49,584 nt of DNA, taken from Nanobdellota archaeon (lineage in GTDB: Archaea > Nanobdellota > Nanobdellia > Pacearchaeales > GW2011-AR1). Positions within the stretch are counted from its first letter, which is position 1, and each line of letters begins with the position of its first letter. Both the position numbers and the translations under genes were made by a program. Positions 45,143 through 49,584 of this stretch are shown here, one piece after another. Location: the NCBI GenBank assembly GCA_030647965.1, contig JAUSIT010000028.1, forward strand, positions 1-49,584. Direction: 5' to 3'. A model generated the notes under the pieces. It worked only from the letters and a program-made list of their open reading frames with translations. It made no database searches and was not told the DNA's origin.

Positions 45143-46189
45143 ATGGAAAATACACAATCTAATAAGGTTTTGGTAACTGGTGGATGTGGCTTTTTAGGAA
45201 GTCATATTTGTGAAATGTATATAAAAAAAGGCTGGGAAGTTATTGCTTATGACAACCTTGCTAAACATGAATTTGCAAGAAACACATATATGAAGCCAGA
45301 AGCAAGATATCATAATCAAAAGCTATTGGAAAAACTTGGTGTAAAAGTTGTTGTTGCAGATATAAGAGATAAAGAAACTTTAATGAAATGGGCTGAAGGA
45401 TGCAATTATATATGTCATACTGCTGCACAACCAACAATGACTATGTCTTGGGAAGATCCTGTTTTAGATTTTACAACAAATGTTGTTGGGACTTTTAATG
45501 TTTTAGAAGCAGCAAGAAAATTTAATATTCCAATTGCATCATGTAATTCTGTTCATTGTTATGGGCCTGATAAAATTAATTCTGAACTAACAGAAAAAGA
45601 AACAAGATATGTAAGAAACCCAGTTACAATAAATGAAAAAGAGCCTTTATTACAAGGAGTTGTTACACCACTTCATGCTTCAAAATCTTCTGCAGAGCAT
45701 TATATTCAGTGTTATATTGATACTTTTAAATTAAAAGCAGCTAGTTTTAGATTAACAGGAATTTATGGGCCAAATCAGTTTGGTGGAGAAGACCATGGAT
45801 GGGTTGCAAATTTTGCAATTAGAAATGTTTTAGATATGCCCTTGACAGTTTTTGGAACAGGAAAGCAATTAAGAGATATTCTTTATGCAACCGATGTTGC
45901 AGAAGCTTTTGATGCTTTTTATGAAAATCAAAAACCAGGAATTTATAATATTGGTGGCGGAGAAAAAACAATGATTTCCCTGATAGAATGTATTAAAATG
46001 ATTGATGAAATAACAGGCAAAAAATCAAATGTAATTTTTGATAAAGACAGATTTGGAGATTTAAGATATTATGTTTCAGATATAAGCAAAGCAAAAAAAG
46101 AGCTTGGATGGGAGCCAAAAGTTCTTCCAAGAGAAGGTATTGAAAATCTGATTAAATGGATTAATCAAAATAGAAATTTATTTATCTGA
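45143..46189 (+). CDS. NAD-dependent sugar epimerase, CDP-paratose 2-epimerase (RfbE)-like
   Basis: TGGCGFLG, HTAAQP, YGPNQFGGEDHGWVA, RDILY; note LHASK where YxxSK is usual. Confidence 0.85.
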   Translation: MENTQSNKVLVTGGCGFLGSHICEMYIKKGWEVIAYDNLAKHEFARNTYMKPEARYHNQKLLEKLGVKVVVADIRDKETLMKWAEGCNYICHTAAQPTMTMSWEDPVLDFTTNVVGTFNVLEAARKFNIPIASCNSVHCYGPDKINSELTEKETRYVRNPVTINEKEPLLQGVVTPLHASKSSAEHYIQCYIDTFKLKAASFRLTGIYGPNQFGGEDHGWVANFAIRNVLDMPLTVFGTGKQLRDILYATDVAEAFDAFYENQKPGIYNIGGGEKTMISLIECIKMIDEITGKKSNVIFDKDRFGDLRYYVSDISKAKKELGWEPKVLPREGIENLIKWINQNRNLFI

Positions 46190-46233
46190 ACTAAACCGGA
46201 TTAATTTATAAACTAAAAATTCTGAAATTATCT

Positions 46234-47613
46234 ATGGCTAAACTAGTGTTAGTAAATGCTGGCAAAAAATATGAATATGGGGTTCATGAACCATTGCACT
46301 TGTTAGGATTAGCTGCTTATGCAAAAAAGTTTGGACATGAAGTGCATATTCTTGACCAAATAGCAGGAGAAAATGTTTTTGAAAAAATTCAAAAACTAAA
46401 TCCTGATTTTGTAGGAATTACTGCAACAACTGCAGTTATAACTGATGCATATGAAATAGCAGATTGGTGCAAGAAAAATAATTTTAAAACAATTATTGGC
46501 GGAGTTCATGTAAGTGTTATGCCTGAAGAAGCAAAAGAACATGCTAATTTTGTAGTTAAAGGAGAAGGAGAAGAAGCCTTAGTAAGTATTATTTCTGGAA
46601 AAGAGAAAGAAGGAATAATTCCCGGAAGTTGTATTAAAGATTTAGATTCTTTGCCTAAAATAGATAGAGATTTAATAGACATGAAATACTATCAAAAAGG
46701 AAAAGATAGGACTCCTGGAACACATCTTCATTTTGTTCCACCAAATACAAAATTAAATTCAATAATTGGAACAAGAGGTTGTCCTTTTAATTGTATTTTT
46801 TGCCATAATAGCTGGAGGGGGCTTCCAGTAAGAATGAATTCTGCTAAACATATAATTGAAGAAATGAAAGAACTAGAAGAAAAATACCAAACAGAAGCTG
46901 TTTTTTTTATGGATGATGATTTTTTATTTAGCAAGCAAAGAGTAAATGAATTTTGTGATCTTTACAAAAAAGAAGGATTAAAAATAATTTGGGGATGCCA
47001 ATCAAGAGTAACTGCTGTTGATGAAGAAATTTTAAAAAAACTAAAAGAAGCAAATTGCAAACAAATTACATTTGGCTTAGAATCAGGTTCTCAAAGAATT
47101 CTTGGAATTTTAAAAAATAATAGAACAACTGTTGAACAAAATAAAAATGCAATAAAACTGGTAAAAGAAGCTGGAATTCTTGCTTGTGGATCATTTATGA
47201 TAGGAAATCCTGGAGAAACAGAAGAAGAAATTTTAGAAACTAAAAAATTCATTATTGAAAATGATTTAGATGGTTTTGGCGTAAGTGTTACAACCCCTTT
47301 CCCAGGAACTAAATTATGGGAAATGTGCAAAGAAAAAGGAATTATCCCTCAAAAAATTGATTGGGCTAATTTTAATCTTTCTAAGCTTACATTTGCACTA
47401 AATGATATTCCTCCTGAAAAAATGGAAAAAATAAACCAAGATTTTCTTAATCTTGTTTTAGAAAGAAATCCTGGAATGGCTCCAAAAAATATTTTAAAAG
47501 TTGCATTAAGACATCCTAAAAAAGCAATTACTAGGCTAATTAAAAATCCAAAAGCAGTTATAACTATTTTTAAAAGAATATTTAAGAAAAATGGAAAGAC
47601 TCAAACTAATTAA
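46234..47613 (+). CDS. B12-binding-domain radical SAM protein
   Basis: GGVH, GEGE, TRGCPFNCIFC, FGLESG, PFPGT. Confidence 0.92.
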   Translation: MAKLVLVNAGKKYEYGVHEPLHLLGLAAYAKKFGHEVHILDQIAGENVFEKIQKLNPDFVGITATTAVITDAYEIADWCKKNNFKTIIGGVHVSVMPEEAKEHANFVVKGEGEEALVSIISGKEKEGIIPGSCIKDLDSLPKIDRDLIDMKYYQKGKDRTPGTHLHFVPPNTKLNSIIGTRGCPFNCIFCHNSWRGLPVRMNSAKHIIEEMKELEEKYQTEAVFFMDDDFLFSKQRVNEFCDLYKKEGLKIIWGCQSRVTAVDEEILKKLKEANCKQITFGLESGSQRILGILKNNRTTVEQNKNAIKLVKEAGILACGSFMIGNPGETEEEILETKKFIIENDLDGFGVSVTTPFPGTKLWEMCKEKGIIPQKIDWANFNLSKLTFALNDIPPEKMEKINQDFLNLVLERNPGMAPKNILKVALRHPKKAITRLIKNPKAVITIFKRIFKKNGKTQTN

Positions 47614-48778
47614 AATTGCACACTGTTCACATTCTTACTTTTTAGGAGAAGGTGAAAGGGATTTGAAAAAACTTGTTTTAAATGATTGGTATGCAAAAAC
47701 TGCAAGGCAGATAAAAAAATATAATCCTGAAATAGAAATTGAATGCTGGGCTCCTGAAAAAATCTACAAAAAAGATGAAGAGTTCATTGATGCAGAGATA
47801 AAATATAGATTTTTTCCTGTAACTTTTTCTCCTGTTTATGCTCTTGATTTCTCAATACCTATGCTTAAAGAACTTAAAAAAGAAATAGAAAAAAGCAAAA
47901 AAGAAAATTATAAATTAATTATCCATATCCATGAAATCCATAATTTGCATGGGCTTTTAATTGCAAGTTTTTTTGGCAAAGAAAAATTGATTGTTCAGCA
48001 CCATGGTGGAAGCTGGCCCATGAAACATTTAATGCAAACAAAAAGATACAAACTGTTCTTTCCATTATTTATTTTAGGTCAGATTTGGGAAAATATTGTT
48101 TTAAAAAATATAAAATGCTTTTTTGTGCTAAGTAAGGATGAAATGAATTATCTAAACAAAGTTGCTCCTAAATCTAAAGTTATATTTCAAACAATGGGAA
48201 TTGAAGATGAATATTTTAAAACAATTGATAAAAAAACAGCAAGAAAAAAATTGCATTTAAAACAAGATAAAAAAATATTATTATTTCTAGGAAGAATTAA
48301 TCAGGTAAAGGGAGTTGGAACATTACTTGAAGCAATGCTTAAATTAAAAGATAAAAAAGATATTGAATTAAAAATTGCAGGATTTGGGCCAGAAGAAGAA
48401 AAATTCAAAAATTATGTTAAAGAAAATGAATTGAAAAATGTTGAATTTTTGGGCGGAGTTTTTGGAGATAAAAAGTTGTTATATTTAAGCGCAGCAGATG
48501 CTTTAGTTCTTCCTTCATCAAAAGAAGGTGCTCCTGTTTCTGTTATGGAAGCAATGGCTAAAAATCTGCCTTCAATTGCAACAAATGTTGGAGGAGTTTC
48601 TTTAATGATTGAAAATGGGCAAAATGGCCTAGTAATAAATCCAAGAAAACCTGATGAAATAGTTAATGCAGTAAATGAAATACTGGCTTGGAAAGGCAAA
48701 AACATAAGAAAATACGCTGAAAAATATAAATGGAAAGAAATTATAAAAAATACTGTTGAAAATTACAAGATCATATAG
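47591..48778 (+). CDS. GT4 glycosyltransferase
   Basis: LGRI..VKG, LPSSKEGAPVSVMEAMA, TNVGG. Confidence 0.92.
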   Translation: MERLKLIKIAHCSHSYFLGEGERDLKKLVLNDWYAKTARQIKKYNPEIEIECWAPEKIYKKDEEFIDAEIKYRFFPVTFSPVYALDFSIPMLKELKKEIEKSKKENYKLIIHIHEIHNLHGLLIASFFGKEKLIVQHHGGSWPMKHLMQTKRYKLFFPLFILGQIWENIVLKNIKCFFVLSKDEMNYLNKVAPKSKVIFQTMGIEDEYFKTIDKKTARKKLHLKQDKKILLFLGRINQVKGVGTLLEAMLKLKDKKDIELKIAGFGPEEEKFKNYVKENELKNVEFLGGVFGDKKLLYLSAADALVLPSSKEGAPVSVMEAMAKNLPSIATNVGGVSLMIENGQNGLVINPRKPDEIVNAVNEILAWKGKNIRKYAEKYKWKEIIKNTVENYKII

Positions 48779-48779
48779 A

Positions 48780-49584
48780 TTAATTAAAAAGCTTATTGAT
48801 AAATTCTTTTTTCAAGTTTTCTTCACTATACTCTTTTATAATAAATTTTCTTGATTCTAAAGAGATTTTTTTCTTTTGTTTTTCAGAAATTTCAAAGAAT
48901 TTTTTAATTTCATTATTCATGGATTCATAATTTAGTTTGCTTTTGATTGCAGATTCTAATGTTCTTAATGATTTAATATCAGAAACTAAGGTTGGAAGGC
49001 CACAAGACATTGCCTCTCTTGGAACAAATCCAAATGATTCTATTCTGCTTGGAAAAATACACAAATCAGCAGAATTATAATAATCTACAAGTTCTTCATG
49101 TTTTTTTGAATTTAAATGAATTAAATTCTGTAAATTCAAATTCTTAAAATGATTATCATTAATCTCTCCAATTAAAACAAAAATTTTGTTAGGATTATTT
49201 TTAATTAATTCTAATGATATATCAGAACCTTTCATATATTCTATTCTCCCAACATATAGAATAATTTCTTTATTTATGGGTAAACCTAATTTTTTTCTTG
49301 CTGTTTTTTTATCTTTTGGAACAAATAGTTTAGTATCTATTGTTAGAGGAAGATAATCTAAATTTTTAATTAAATAAGAAAAATTCTTTTTATAAAATTC
49401 ATAAATGTCTTTTGAACAAAATAAAATTTTTTTAGGTAAAAAGCTTAATGGTAAAAAAAACAAGGCTTCAAAAAAAGATTTTATTTTATATTTCTTATTG
49501 CTTACTTTAAAAGATTCAATAGGATCTCCTACTTGAAAACAAATAAAATCTCTTTTATTAAAAAGTGATGAAAAAGACATAGCA
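48780..49584 (-). CDS. GT4 glycosyltransferase (5' end probably outside window)
   Basis: VGRI..KG, PSRIESFGFVPREAMSCG. Confidence 0.9.
   Translation of the reverse strand, partial: AMSFSSLFNKRDFICFQVGDPIESFKVSNKKYKIKSFFEALFFLPLSFLPKKILFCSKDIYEFYKKNFSYLIKNLDYLPLTIDTKLFVPKDKKTARKKLGLPINKEIILYVGRIEYMKGSDISLELIKNNPNKIFVLIGEINDNHFKNLNLQNLIHLNSKKHEELVDYYNSADLCIFPSRIESFGFVPREAMSCGLPTLVSDIKSLRTLESAIKSKLNYESMNNEIKKFFEISEKQKKKISLESRKFIIKEYSEENLKKEFINKLFN

Overview
AT-rich archaeal window; ribosomal-protein features and gene content point to a DPANN genome, probably Pacearchaeota/Woesearchaeota (inference). Layout: (1) 1-7.1 kb accessory region: radC start, a ~3.8 kb cassette (HTH + nucleotidyltransferase pair, candidate sRNA, UvrD helicase) bracketed by a ~140 bp direct repeat of the 5' end of a histidine-phosphatase gene, a divergent AbrB-like pair around a palindromic operator, and a truncated Bro-N gene; (2) 7.3-20.8 kb ribosomal-protein operon (L3 to L15), secY, DUF106; (3) 20.8-25.5 kb RNase HI, eIF2B-like isomerase, SpoIIM-family, radical SAM/Lrp; (4) 25.6-49.6 kb N-glycosylation locus (AglB, AglH, GT2/GT4/GT-C, epimerases) with four radical SAM enzymes. 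The most unusual signal is a set of dispersed, modular palindromic elements. AT-bounded multi-hairpin inserts sit at start codons (one NTase gene, rpl24, rpl6) or in frame inside genes (Bro-N, epimerase). A ~200 bp structured repeat occurs in three copies, two of which carry a nested 52 bp hairpin at different positions. No transposase is visible in the window.
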